Under the pieces are notes generated by a model. That model was not told the DNA's origin. It did not search any database and saw only the letters and a program-made list of their open reading frames with translations. Below are positions 1-23,506 of a stretch of 64,000 nt of DNA, in pieces. How positions within the stretch are numbered: position 1 is the first letter of the stretch; each line of letters starts with the position of its first letter. Made by a program: the position numbers and the translations under genes. Location of the stretch: NCBI GenBank assembly GCA_051294375.1, contig CM119264.1:27571469-27635468 (forward strand), written 5' to 3'. Origin of the DNA: Paraspadella gotoi (Eukaryota; Animalia; Chaetognatha).

Positions 1-79
1 TCATCTGCCCGGACATTGGACATCAATGCAAGGAGGAAAATTTACCATCGGTCGCCGCCCCTATCGCAGCGGGCAAGCA

Positions 80-110
<31 letters not shown>

Positions 111-3100
111 TTGACACTCTTTTGAATCAAGCAGGAATTTTGGCATTGGTGCTGGAGGCGAATTCTTCACTTACCTGGCGCGACCTCCAGCATCTCATTG
201 TCAAGACTTCGATATCTGATCGGATCGGATACGATTGGAAAACCAACGGAGTTGGGAAACGATTTTCGAACAAGTGAGAAATCGATTTATGATAATTTAA
301 TTGGTTGATAGAAATATTCTACCACTTCATTGAGAGAAAAACTCATGGAAATAATAAACTTGAATGTACATGGTGACAATACTAAAAGCGCCTGAAAAAA
401 AAACGCTTGTAGAAGACGAAAATACGAAAAAATAAATGGAGGGAAAAAGGTGAAGGATTGTGACGATGTAAGAGAAGTAGAAGAAAAGAAGCGAGTCTAG
501 TTCTCTCCTGATCCACTTTTATCATCGCCCGGACAAACTTGACCTTACGGTCTCCTCGGTCCTATTGATGTGTCCGGTCAATCTAAGGTCATTGCCAAAG
601 CGAGGGCAAAGTGACCGTGTGGATTGACCGGCACGGAGAAAGAGGAGAGATTTCCTGCTCAATCACACACTTTCCTACCCACATTTCAAGACAATCGCCC
701 CATACAATCATGAGTAATTGGCGTTCATAGCTAACGGGGGACGGACGGACAGACAGACACAGACAGACAAACAGATAGACGGACGGACATCAATTTTTTT
801 GCATAATTTATCATAATTCGATATTCTGAGATGATGTAAGTGACTTACTTACCGACAAGATTTTGGGGTGGGACCGACGGACCACAAAGTGGATTATAGA
901 GCCGAGATCGGTTCGATTAAGAGAGTAAAAATTGAATTATCTAAAATTTTAAATATTTTTTAAAAATATATGACCTGTTTAAATTATTATAATATAAAAT
1001 ATTATTATTTATATAAATATCTTAAAAAAGTCTAAGAAAAAAGGACATAAGATAGTTAATCACAATTTAATAAAAAAATTAAATTTGTTTTTGACTATCC
1101 TAATTGAATTAAAGTAAAATTAAAATTCATATATAACATTAAAAGAATCTTCATGGGTTTGCAAATGACAGCTTTTTTTAGCTATGTTATTATCTTGTAA
1201 GAGAGATGAAAGTCTTAACCCAAAATAGCCTGTCAAAAATGAGAGGCAAGATTGCTTATTTATTGAATGAAGGAAAAAAATGAATCCTTTTTATAATATT
1301 TTCATGCCAATTTAATTGTATATTGAAGAAGACAGTAATTATTGTTATGTGTTAGTGACAGAACCGTTCAATATAACGAGTCCGAGCTTAGGATCAGGAT
1401 GTGACACCGTGTTACCAGCAGGTTAAGCGCCCCGTCCCTCTTAACTGTTAGGCGGCCACCGGGCTAGAACCCCGGACCTTTGGGTTGGGAGGCGAATGAC
1501 TTGACTCCGGCACCAATGGCCGCTGAAGAACGGTTGGTGGATTTTAGTCCACCATAATATTGTAGTAATTCAAAATTCAATTCGATTCTTTTTCAATCTT
1601 TTTCAAATATTATGCATCGCCTCAGTTATTTTCTGGCTTTTTAACGCACTCGGCCGGAGTCTTATTTTTCACTCTCCTTTAGTTCTCCTCACGAGTTGGG
1701 CCAAATCATTTATTTACTAATGATTTAGTCGATGTTCCATGATTTCGTCATTTTAGGTTTGGTTTTGGTCTTCTCGATGCAGACGCTCTGGTAACTGCCG
1801 CGCTCTCATGGGAAAGCGTCGATCACGCTTATAAAGACACATGGGTTGCTGATCATAACTTGAACAAAACTTTTGACGAAAAAGAACTTTATGAGGTCGT
1901 CATAAATATTATTTCAGGTATATGTTAATGTCAACGACCGACGAAACCATACAATGAAGGAAAAAAAAAACTGGCGTGGTAACTTTCATACATAACAATT
2001 TTACTGTTTTTGGGAAAAAAGTTTTTGTCCTCTCTTCAATGATGCCCACTTTAAAAAAGTTTGCAGAATGCTTATTAAAATCATAATTTTTAGTAATATT
2101 TAAAAAATGTTTAAAATATTTAAAATTCATTGAAAATTAGGTTTGATGATGTATTTTTTATGGTTTGATGATATACAATCTGTGTACCAAAAATAAAAAA
2201 AATTATAAATGGCATAAGTGTTTTTTTTTTCTTCATGGTAGAAGTTGAATTCTCTTTCTCTTACTTAAAGTCTTAGAGTCTCGAAAAACGAATTATTCTT
2301 GAGCCAAGTTAATAAAAGAAAACTATAACCACGACCTTAAAAGTAAAAATTTAATCTGTCAGGAAGAATTAGTCGATGTGAACACGTGATGCCGGAGGTC
2401 ACGTTGAACACAGAATATCGCGGCGACAACGAAATCAAACTTGTATCTCCGTCTGGAACTTCATCGACGCTGCTCCTTCGCCGACTTTATGGTAAGTCCG
2501 AATTAAGAAAAAGGGGCATGAGGTATCTGGCATGACGTAAGGCAGACACATGACCAAGCTTGGGATTTGTCACATATTTATCACGTATTTTTCGGCTATT
2601 GCGGAGTATTCCCCGATCTAATTTTCATACAATTGAAACATTCTTTGAAATATTATATCACTTCATTGATAGGGAAGCCAGGTACCCTGGGAGTGAATAA
2701 ACGAGACTGAGAGAGTCTTCATTGAAAGCTTGCAGGGACCTGCTATGTCATTATCTTGTAAGAGTGATGGAGGCCTTAAACCACCAAAGCCTGTTCAAAG
2801 TCAGGGGAAAGATAGCTTATTTATTAAATGAATGGATAATTTTTATATTGGTTGTATCAATTTCATAAATTACTTGATACTTGATAAATATTTAATAGTA
2901 TTTATTTGAATGTTTGTACTGAATCAACCTTGCTTCATTTGAATAAAACGCCTAATAATCTGGCAATGCATCGATTTAAGTATTGAAGATTTATTTAAGG
3001 TAATGAAAGGCTTGAGGCGACTTACCAGTTACCACCGGTCTCTCTCTAAACCCTTACTCTCTCCTCATTCTCCACAATAGACACGTCAAAGGAAGGTTTT

Positions 3101-3307
3101 TCTAAGTGGTCGTTCCTCTCTGTTCATTTCTGGGGCGAAAATCCGAAAGGCACTTGGACTTTGCAGGTTCGTAAATGAACTTTTAAATTGACTCGGTTTT
3201 GCCGCTGTAAAGTTTTACAGTAAAGTAATACCGTTTTTCAGATCAAGACTTCAGAGTCCAAAAGTTCCTTGCAGGCGTTTACCCTTGCCATTCTCGGAAC
3301 TATATAG
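1..3307 (+). CDS. Subtilisin-like proprotein convertase (furin/PC family), 3' part: end of catalytic domain plus P domain
   Basis: Spliced exons <1-72 (SVAAPIAAG), 135-273 ([22 protein letters not shown]...WKTNGVG), 1757-1917 ([12 protein letters not shown]), 2363-2491 (EHV...[20 protein letters not shown]), 3081-3166 ([20 protein letters not shown]), 3242-3307 (stop TAG). Phases are compatible; AATAAA near 3452. The motifs are PC-family hallmarks. The specific PCSK paralogue cannot be assigned by eye. Confidence 0.93.
570..650. repeat. Foldback core of the TGAGGCGACTTAC MITE family
   Basis: Hairpin ccggtcaatc..ggtcattgcc / ggcaaagtgacc..gattgaccgg; the right arm ccgtgtggattgaccggcacggagaaagaggagag is shared with 51384-51418. 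Confidence 0.6.
735..920 (-). repeat. Non-autonomous repeat with (GACA/GACG)n tracts, Helentron/DINE-like; related copies near 22275-22360 and 28520-28610
   Basis: GACG/GACA microsatellite next to a hairpin-like ...ccactttgtggtccgtcggtcc terminus; similar layout (ttttagttgcg...gcgactcacttttcggtcggtctgtc) at 22275. Confidence 0.4.
1331..1523 (-). mobile_element. tRNA-derived SINE, apparently full length, in a convertase intron
   Basis: Reverse strand begins gcggcca...tggccgc (7-bp acceptor-like stem) with B-box-like ggttctagccc and a CTCCCAA loop, then ~120 nt of body; flanked by tgaagaa at 1324-1330 and 1524-1530; second copy at 40321-40480. Confidence 0.85.
2630..2867 (+). repeat. Dispersed ~240-bp repeat family, longest copy
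   Basis: ...attatcttgtaagagtgatggaggccttaaacc...atattggttgtaccaatttcat recurs near 1180-1310, 8818-8934, 33840-34049 and 53383-53479 (+) and 17796-17950, 47058-47180, 58622-58850 and 63271-63295 (-). Confidence 0.85.
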
Positions 3308-4069
3308 ATGAGGCAAGCGACGCAAACGCCAATATAAGAGATGATTTTTGATTTACCCTGTTTGTGACGTGTATAAGAGATGAACTTTTGATTCAAGCGA
3401 AAATGAGCTCATCAATCTCATTTGCATATTATCTTGTTGGCATTGACTTGCAATAAAGTCATAGTCTCATGTCACAAATTAGCGTAGCCATTGATAATGA
3501 TTGATTAGCGAGTTTGGGAATTGGGACATTTATTAAAAATATTATCATTTAAAGTAATTTATAAATATACTCTTTATATTTAGTATTATCTCTTATGATC
3601 TGCGATAAAAAAACGCTTTTTATATGGCAGTCTCATTTTCACTGGTCTCTGTTCAACAGTGAACTCAATGAACACAAACTCTCAAAAAAAACAAAAAACA
3701 AACTCATTGGAATTTGTTACGCGATTTCTTTTTGTAGAAGCGTTTCAAAATAGGAGCAGTCAATATTTGTTTACAAACGTTGCTGTTTGCTATTATTTCA
3801 TTAATATGTTCTTACCACGATTTCTTTTCATACAGATCGTATTAATATTGATTTGCCATTGTCGGGGTTTAAATGATGTTTATACGTCATTCATAGCGTT
3901 TGATCTTGTACTCAAATAACCTTAAATCGCTCGGCCACGAATTTGAAGATTTAGCGAGGTTAAGAACTTGTATTGACATCAAGTATAAGGCACGGATAAA
4001 CGAATTAAAATCAATAAAAAACAGATTAAAAACAAGGTAAAAAATCGTGCAACGTAATAATATTAACCT

Positions 4070-4520
4070 CTACTGGGTTTTAAAAACGGTTGGCCGTCTA
4101 ATATACAAGATCATATGCGACTCAATGAACCTACGACCAACGCGTTTATACAATGGCTGCGCGCGGAAACCGCGGTAAAAAAGATACAAATATCTTCTCC
4201 CAATTCTCGACGGTGATTGGTCGAGGCCCGCCAATCCAGGACCGCAGGGAAGATGCTTGCATTTTGCGATCCAAAACGCGAAGGGGAACCGCGCGGCCCA
4301 ACACAGATACAATATGTTTACATTCTATTCTATACAATATGTTTACATTCTATTTGGTTATTGGGTTATTGGAATTAAGTCCGTTATATTATATTATATT
4401 CATTTACTACTTAATAGTGACTCTTTCTTTCCTTCTAAGGTTATGTTTATGACTTTCCTTCCATTAAGCTAGCTATATATTACAAGCACGCGAGTTTTCT
4501 GCCACAGCAAGTTAGTATCT
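4070..4520 (+). mobile_element. Possible decayed Helitron (Pif1 helicase) fragment
   Basis: Frame-broken peptides VLKTVG...MNLRPTRLYNG and VI..EA..GP..EDACILR resemble the Helitron helicase segment LKVG-PIMLLRNLNPPRLCNG...GEDVFIPRI; heavily disrupted. Confidence 0.3.
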
Positions 4521-4901
4521 CTTGATCAGCTTGTAAGTTTTTTGATATATTAAAGAAAGATATTAGTTAAGCTAAATATACTGTTATTTAGCACCCCAGT
4601 CACTCTCTTACATCATCTTCAGAAGAGACGAGATAATTAAGTGAATTATAGGGTCGGGTCTGCTCTAAATAAAAATAAATAATATTCAATAAATGTTAAT
4701 GGGAAAGAAATGAAGACAATATATCGATTACGTCACGCTTTCGGGTCGGAAGGCGAGGATCGACGATTGACTGTTATTCTCCCACTATCCTACTAATGTA
4801 TGTCAATTTCTTTGTGCGAATACAAAACAGTTTTAGTTAATTCCTTAAATTGTAATGCAGAAATTGCCTTCGCGATTCCCCCTCCTCATTCCCCCATCTC
4901 C

Positions 4902-16752
<11,851 letters not shown>

Positions 16753-16960
16753 GGCTGTAAATCCGGTTTTTATTTAAAAAAAAAATTGATGTTGTTGTTG
16801 ATGTTGTTATTGGTACAATTGATGGATTTAAACGAGGCTCTGATGTAAATTAAATCTGATGACGTGACGTCGAAAGTCGTTGCCGAAAAAAAAAGAGAAA
16901 ACTCCGGGAGAAGACGGGAAAAGAATATCAAATAAGATTTAAATGAAGAATACTGTAAGA

Positions 16961-17019
<59 letters not shown>

Positions 17020-17115
17020 CCCCATCGCGATGTTCCATAGATTCGGAGGGAGAGAGGAAGAGGAAGAGGATCGACGGGGTGCGAAAAGAAAATCTTCTTT
17101 CCCGAAGCAATCTCG

Positions 17116-17168
17116 ATTGGCTTTCGTCTCGACCAATCAGAGGCTCGTCCGTTAGCCCGGCAGCCAAT
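17116..17168. promoter_or_regulatory. Cluster of three CCAAT boxes upstream of the LRR gene
   Basis: ATTGG at 17116, CCAATCA at 17133 and 17164 in a CpG-rich patch ~400 bp 5' of the LRR ATG. Confidence 0.4.
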
Positions 17169-18102
17169 CATCGTCTCGATTCCTCGATTAACGTTTTAAG
17201 CGACCTCTGTTGTCTCTCGGGTGGTTATTTACGGCGCTAAATTATTATGATTTTCTTTTTCTTTCTCCCTCACGAACTTTCTTTCTTTTATTTCTTTAAT
17301 GATTTTCTTAACTTCATTGTCTTTCCGCAGGTAAAGTGTTTTTTCTTTCTCTTTCTAAGCATTTTAATTGCTATCATTTAAAAGGTCTAGGTTTTTATTC
17401 CTTTTTCTATTTTCGTCTGCCTTCTTCAGATTATCATCTTAATTTTTTTAAGTGTTAACCTTTTCGCGTCGTTTTATTTTTTACCATTCTTGTTTGTTAA
17501 GCCGGTTTCATTTCCGAGTTAATTCTATATTCGGTATTATTTTATTTCTTTATCCTCACAGAAAGCCGATGTGAGAGATATATCAGTGGCGACGTGAGCT
17601 TAAGGTAATTTATAAAATTATTCAAATTTTTAGTGATATAAATGCGGTTGTAATTACTAATTAGTAACAGTAACTTTGTTGTCCGGATCAATCGCATCAG
17701 AGCCGCATGTGCTCTCTTATCCGATAGATGATGACCGACCGCGAACGATTATTGTATTACATGAAATATAAATCAGAACAAATTATCTTGGTTACGAAAT
17801 TAGTACAACCAATATAAAATTATCCGTCCCTCTTACAAGATAATAACAAAGCAGGAGTAGCAGGAACCTGAACGGCTCTCTTAAAGCATATTCATTCCCA
17901 GAATATCTGGCTTTTCCACTACTAAAGTGTCATCATGTTTTCATAAACTGTTATAATTGTAACTTGGTTTAAACTTAAAGAAAAAAAAATGTAGCATAAA
18001 TTTATGTACGATTGAACGAAATCAATCTTCGAGTTTTTGAAGCACACACCCACACAAAAACGTAATCCCCACACAAAAAATAGCTTCCCCTTTTCTTCCC
18101 TC

Positions 18103-20147
18103 TAAAACGAGAGAGATCAAATTCGTCGTAGGTCCCATTCCACTTCGCCGTCGTCGTCGTCGTCGTCGGTGTGTCAGTCGGGCGCCGATGTCATTGNNNN
18201 NNNNNNNNNNNNNNNNNNNNNCCCCCTTGCCTCCCTCTGCCTCTCCCCATGCCCTCTTCTCTCCCTCTTCATCTCCCTCTCCTCCATGCCCTCCTCTGGC
18301 TCTCCCACCATGCCCCCTCTCTCCCTCTCATCTCCCTCTCCCCCCATGCCCTTCCCTCTGCCGTCTCCCATGCCCTCCTCTCTCCCTCTCATCTCCCTCT
18401 CCCCATGCCCTACCTCTGCCTCTTCCCTATGCCCTCCCTCTCTCCCTCTTATCTCCCTTTCGCTCCATGCCCTCCCTCTCTCCCCTCATCTCCTCTCCCA
18501 TGCCCTCCCTCTGCTCTCCCCCTTGCCTCCCTTCTCTCCCTCTCATCTCCCTCTCTCCCATTGGCCCTGTCCGTCTGCCTCTCCCCATGCCTCCCATCTC
18601 CTCCTCAATCTACTTCTCCCCATTAGCCCTCGCCTCTGCCTCTCCCCATGCCCCCCTCTCTCCTGCTCTCTCCTCTCACTCTCCCCATGCCCTAGCCTCT
18701 GCCTCTCCCATTGCCCTCCCTCTTCCCTCTTCTTCCCATGCCTCCCTCTCTTTCCTCCATGGCCCTCCCTCTCGTCCCTCTCATTCTCCCTGCTCCCTGC
18801 CCTCCCTCTGCACGTCTCCCCCATTTCCCTCCCTCTTCCCTCCCATATCCCCTCTCCCTCTCTCCTGCCTCTCCCTCTGCCTCTCCCCCATCTGCCCTCC
18901 CTCTCTCCCTCTCATCTCCCTCTCCCCATGCCCTCCCTTCTGCTCTCTCACATCCCCTCCCATGCCCCTCTCCTCCTCTCCCCTCCTCCTCTGCCTCTCC
19001 CCCATTTGCCCTCCCTCTCCGCCTCATCTCTCCCCCTTTGCGACCTCCTCTGCCTACCTGCCCCCTCTCTCCCTCTCATCTCCCCGTCTCCCATGCCCTC
19101 CTCTGCCTTCTCCCCCATGCCTCCCGTCTTCTCCCTGCTTCATTCTCCATCTCCCCATGCCCTCCCTCTGTCTTCTCCCACCATGACTCCTCTCTCCCTC
19201 CTTCATCTCCCTCTCCCCCATGCCCTCCCTCTGCCGTCTCCCAGCCATTGCCCCCTCTTCTCTCCTCCCATCTCCCTCTTCTCCCATGCCTTCCCCTGCC
19301 TCTCCACCATGCCCAACCTCTCTCCCTTCTTCATCTCCCTCTTCCCCATGCCCTCCCTCTTGCCTCTCCCACCATGCCCCCCTCTCTCCCTATCTCTCTC
19401 TCTCTCGGCGCCAGGGGCTGTTTTGTCGTTGTTGTTGTCATTGTCAGCGTCAGGGACTGTTTTGTCATTGTCGTCGTTTCTATTGTTTCCAGCGTCTTTA
19501 GTAGTTTTCACGTCGGTGTTGTTGTTGGTATCGGCAGCAGTAGCGGCTGCAGCGGCGGCGGCGGCAGAGCCTCCAACAATGTCGTCGTCGTTGTTGTTAT
19601 TTCTCGTCAGCAACTTTGGAGTCCATTTCTTCTTAAGCCTGAGGTCAGGCTGCTGAAGCGGCGCTCCTGCGGCGTCTGTGTCGGCTTCCGCGGCGGGAAC
19701 GAAGACGGCGGCAGCGACTTTGCGAACTTTGGAGTTGATGTTGAAGATGACGCCGTCCGAAATCTGATGGAGCGAAGGGAGTAATAATTGATGTTGTGGA
19801 TGTTGTAGTGTCCCACAAACCCACCTCACTCCAGCAACCCCCTTCACTCCCTCAACCCCTTTCGCTCCAGCGACTAATTCACTCCAGCGACCCTCCTCAC
19901 TCCAGCCACAGCCTTCGCTCCATCACACCTGATTCTCAACGTGAAATCCGTCGTGGATGTGACAACAACCGGAGAGCGTTTCTTGGACTTGACTTTGACT
20001 TGACAGAGTCGAGTCGTCGTCGACGCTGGCAACTTCTTCACCGCCCGACCTGCCCGTCTCGGTGCCCGACGCGCCCGCGGCTCTGCCTGGCTGACTGCCC
20101 TTCTCATCTCCTGCCCTCTCAGAATTTTCAAAGTCGAATTTTTTCAT
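18103..20147 (-). CDS. Orphan low-complexity (Asp/Asn/Ala/Thr-rich) protein, at least two exons
   Basis: Exon 20147-19929 MKKFDFENSERAG...FHVENQ with GT donor; acceptor near 19763 into ISDGVIFNINSKVRK...KTAPGA. In the duplicate copy this runs straight into DNDIGARLTTT; here it is interrupted by a gap and a pyrimidine tract. Confidence 0.45.
18222..19405. repeat. Degenerate C/T-rich tandem repeat beside an N gap
   Basis: Variants of ccctctctccctctcatctccctctccccatg; absent at the equivalent point (~25732) of the duplicate block; source of the spurious Pro/Ser/Leu ORFs. Confidence 0.85.
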
Positions 20148-20514
20148 CTCGACGACGAATTTTGAGATGAAAATTCAAAATGGCGGACCGATGCAAAAAG
20201 GCGGGGGATTTCCGGATGCGGTTCTCGTTGGTGATGCCGGTTGTGAAAGGGCCTCACTACTGTTCACTTAGTCTTTGTATGAAACGCAGTAGTTTTAATT
20301 CTTTTCACAGTAGCGTCTTTATCTAAGTTATTTTCGTTAAAGATATAAATATTTTTGATTACTACCTCCTTTCTGTATTCATTTATTTATTAATTATCTC
20401 AATAATTCATTCATTCATTCATTCATTCATTCATTCATTCATTAACTTTGTTCGTCCACTAAAACATGAAATGTGATAAGAAAACATAAAAAAGACTGAT
20501 TTGGCTAATCGGGA

Positions 20515-20555
<41 letters not shown>

Positions 20556-20563
20556 TCTCTTCT

Positions 20564-20594
<31 letters not shown>

Positions 20595-20709
20595 TCTCTC
20601 TCTCTCTCTCCTCACGCTCGAGCATGACTGACCGCATCGAATTAACCTAACTGCACTGTCATATTCTCGATTTTCCCTCCAAGACTTGTGAATGTTTTAT
20701 TTTTTACCG

Positions 20710-20795
<86 letters not shown>

Positions 20796-21236
20796 TTTTT
20801 ATCGTAATATACCTATCCACATAAAACTAAATAGAATTTAATAATATTAATAAATTAAATATCATATACTCGAACTAATCACACTGTACTATCATATGCT
20901 GTTTAAATCAAGCCATGAAATCAGCCACCGTTATCTGCAGAAGGAGCAGCAGGAGCAGCGACCCAAAAATCAGCAGCAGCAGCACAGCAGCATCCTCGAT
21001 CCTTCCGTCGACGAAACACGAGTTCGCATCCAAATCTGGTGAGGTTTGGTTATGACTTTCCTCCCATCGGGAGTCTCTCTCTCTCTCTCTCTCTCATCAT
21101 CTCCTCTCTTCTCTCTCTTGTCTCTCTCTCTTCTCTCTTCTCTCTCTCTCATCTCTCTCCTCTTCCTCTCTCTCTCTCTCTCTCTCTTCTCCTCCTCTCT
21201 CTCTCGTCTTTCTCTCTCTCTCTCTCTCTGGTCCTC

Positions 21237-21275
<39 letters not shown>

Positions 21276-21336
21276 GCTCTCTTCTCTCTCTCTCTCTCTC
21301 TTCCTCTCTCTCTCTCTGCTCTCTCTCTGCTCTCTC

Positions 21337-21390
<54 letters not shown>

Positions 21391-23095
21391 CCTCTCTCCC
21401 GCCGAATTTCCAGATCGGGTAAGTATCCCAGTGGGAGAGGGCGAGGTCCTGGGGTGAGGTGCATGACGACGACGACGAGACGAGACGACGAACGACGAAC
21501 GACGATCAGTATTTTGAAAAAAACGTTCGCTTGAACCCATCGGACGAGTGAGTCCGGTTGTCTCGAGAGTTAACGTCAAACGTGAAAGCTTAGGGTCGTT
21601 ATATGTCTCTTTGTCATGAAATTTATGATATTTCATCATGATTTATATGGTTTATTTGTCAACAAACAAACAAGAACTATTGACATATGGGTGGCGCGTT
21701 GTAAGTATCTCCTTATATAATATATATACTTCCTGTTGTATGTGTGTATGATTTCTTATTTGAAAAAAAAAAGCGAATATGAGTGGAGTAAAAAAAAATT
21801 GGTAAAAGTTTCATAAAAATGATCTAAAGAGTCAATTACGTAATATGTCAACAGGGTCGATGATGACAACGACGACGACGACGAAGACGACGACGACAAC
21901 CGAAAACCAGGCCGGCAAATTGTCTGAGAAAATTGGTAAGAAGTCAGAAGTCATGGACTCCCGACTGAGGGACAACGTGAAATTAAAGTCGATTGTGGTT
22001 TTGATTTTATTTCGAGGGGAAAAAAAAAGATGATTTCTTTTAAACGTAATCACAAGCACAACCAGTATAAATAGTTTGAGATATATTTTCATAATGAAAT
22101 CCCCTTTGCTAAATACAAAAAAACAATTTTTTCAAACTAATTGAAAATTTACTTTTATTCATAGACAAGAAATGAGGAAACAGATTAGCTTTTAATTGTT
22201 TCATCTAAGATAGAAATAATCTTTCTTTAATAATTTTTAAATTGAATGCAAATCCTGATTTTTTCAGCTCGGGTTTTTAGTTGCGAAGAGAGTACTCGCG
22301 GAGCGACTCACTTTTCGGTCGGTCTGTCGGTCTGTCTGCCGGTCGGAATGTGTGTCCGTCGATTTGTTGCACTTACTCTAAAAATGAAACATAACTCGCC
22401 TATAGTTGGTTGCTCATTTGTTAAAACAGGAAATCTAAATCTAAGTAACTGCTAGCGCCGTCTTCGATTATAAAAAATAATTAAAAGTCAGAACATCTCA
22501 TAAATACACGGGCAAAGAAAGTTATTTTAGTTAATACTTGGCATACTGGTAATCATTACTAAATGCTTCTTGTGCATGTATTTCATACTTGTGTAGTCAC
22601 TGCGGCGCAACACATTGGATGGACCGATCTTGTTTCATAATAGAAAAGGTCTTGCGACACAAGATAATCACGCAACTGCGGATTATCCTTATTAACTACG
22701 AACAAAAAAATTAACTAAGTTACATTATTGGCAAATATCACGAATGCAATCGTGAGACACAGAACTGTCAAGGACATAAAAAAGAGATAGGTTCTCGGTT
22801 TAATCGAAAGATAATGAATTAAAAACATTTAGGGAATTCGCGCACCTGACGTTTATTTGTTCTCAAATTAATCTACAGATTGAACTATTATCATTGTTTG
22901 TCGTCATGTTACTTTTTTGTTGTGAAATGTTTTTCAACAGAAGGAAAAAATTTGAAACTTTTAATTAAAATTTTTTTTTTATCTAATCTAATAATATCAT
23001 TTTCAAGAAAATTTAACTAAATTTTGAATGCAGTTCGTTTTAAAACAGGTTATATATTATTAAATGCCGTCTAAACTTCTCGACCTTAAATTAAG

Positions 23096-23475
23096 ATGAA
23101 GTCAGCGGCGTTAACGTGTTTGGCTTTGATCATAATTAGCGACTCAGTTCAGAGTCTTCAGACAGAGTCCAGGTAATTCTTTATTCAAAAAAATCTATCT
23201 CTTGTCTCTGCATAATTTTTCAGTCTTTATTTGGATCATAGTTTAGCATCGGAGCCTTGGCTGAACGCCGTCTGGGCCGGGTTCGACTTCTGGTGTCCGC
23301 GCGGTTGGGCCATTTCCGGATTTCGTTCCGTCTACCGCTCCCGATACAAGGACAGGCAATGGGCTTTCACGGTGAATTGTTTCACTTCATTTTCACTAAA
23401 TTGTTGTGAGAGAATCTCGTTTTCTGGTTGTTCGTTCAGCTGTCAACAAGTTTGGGCAGAAAGGATTTCTTAATC

Positions 23476-23506
<31 letters not shown>

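Larger units (their letters stand above)
369..1175. mobile_element. Degenerate, interrupted copy of the TA-flanked MITE seen intact at 15084-16035
   Basis: Starts TA-catggtgacaat like the intact TIR; 918-1115 aligns by eye with internal 15455-15680; gggtttgcaaatgacagc near 1156 matches the right TIR. Confidence 0.6.

Noticed and set aside
1451-1523. Functional tRNA-Gly gene
   Set aside because: Anticodon and D stems do not pair, and it continues into a repeated SINE body.
2764-2802. Hammerhead-like look of the 240-bp repeat (gtgatggaggcctt..aaagcctgt)
   Set aside because: The examined copies lack both CUGANGA and GAAA.
18169-19656. 495-aa and overlapping Pro/Ser/Leu-rich ORFs
   Set aside because: They translate a CT-rich tandem repeat and cross an N gap; open in several frames.
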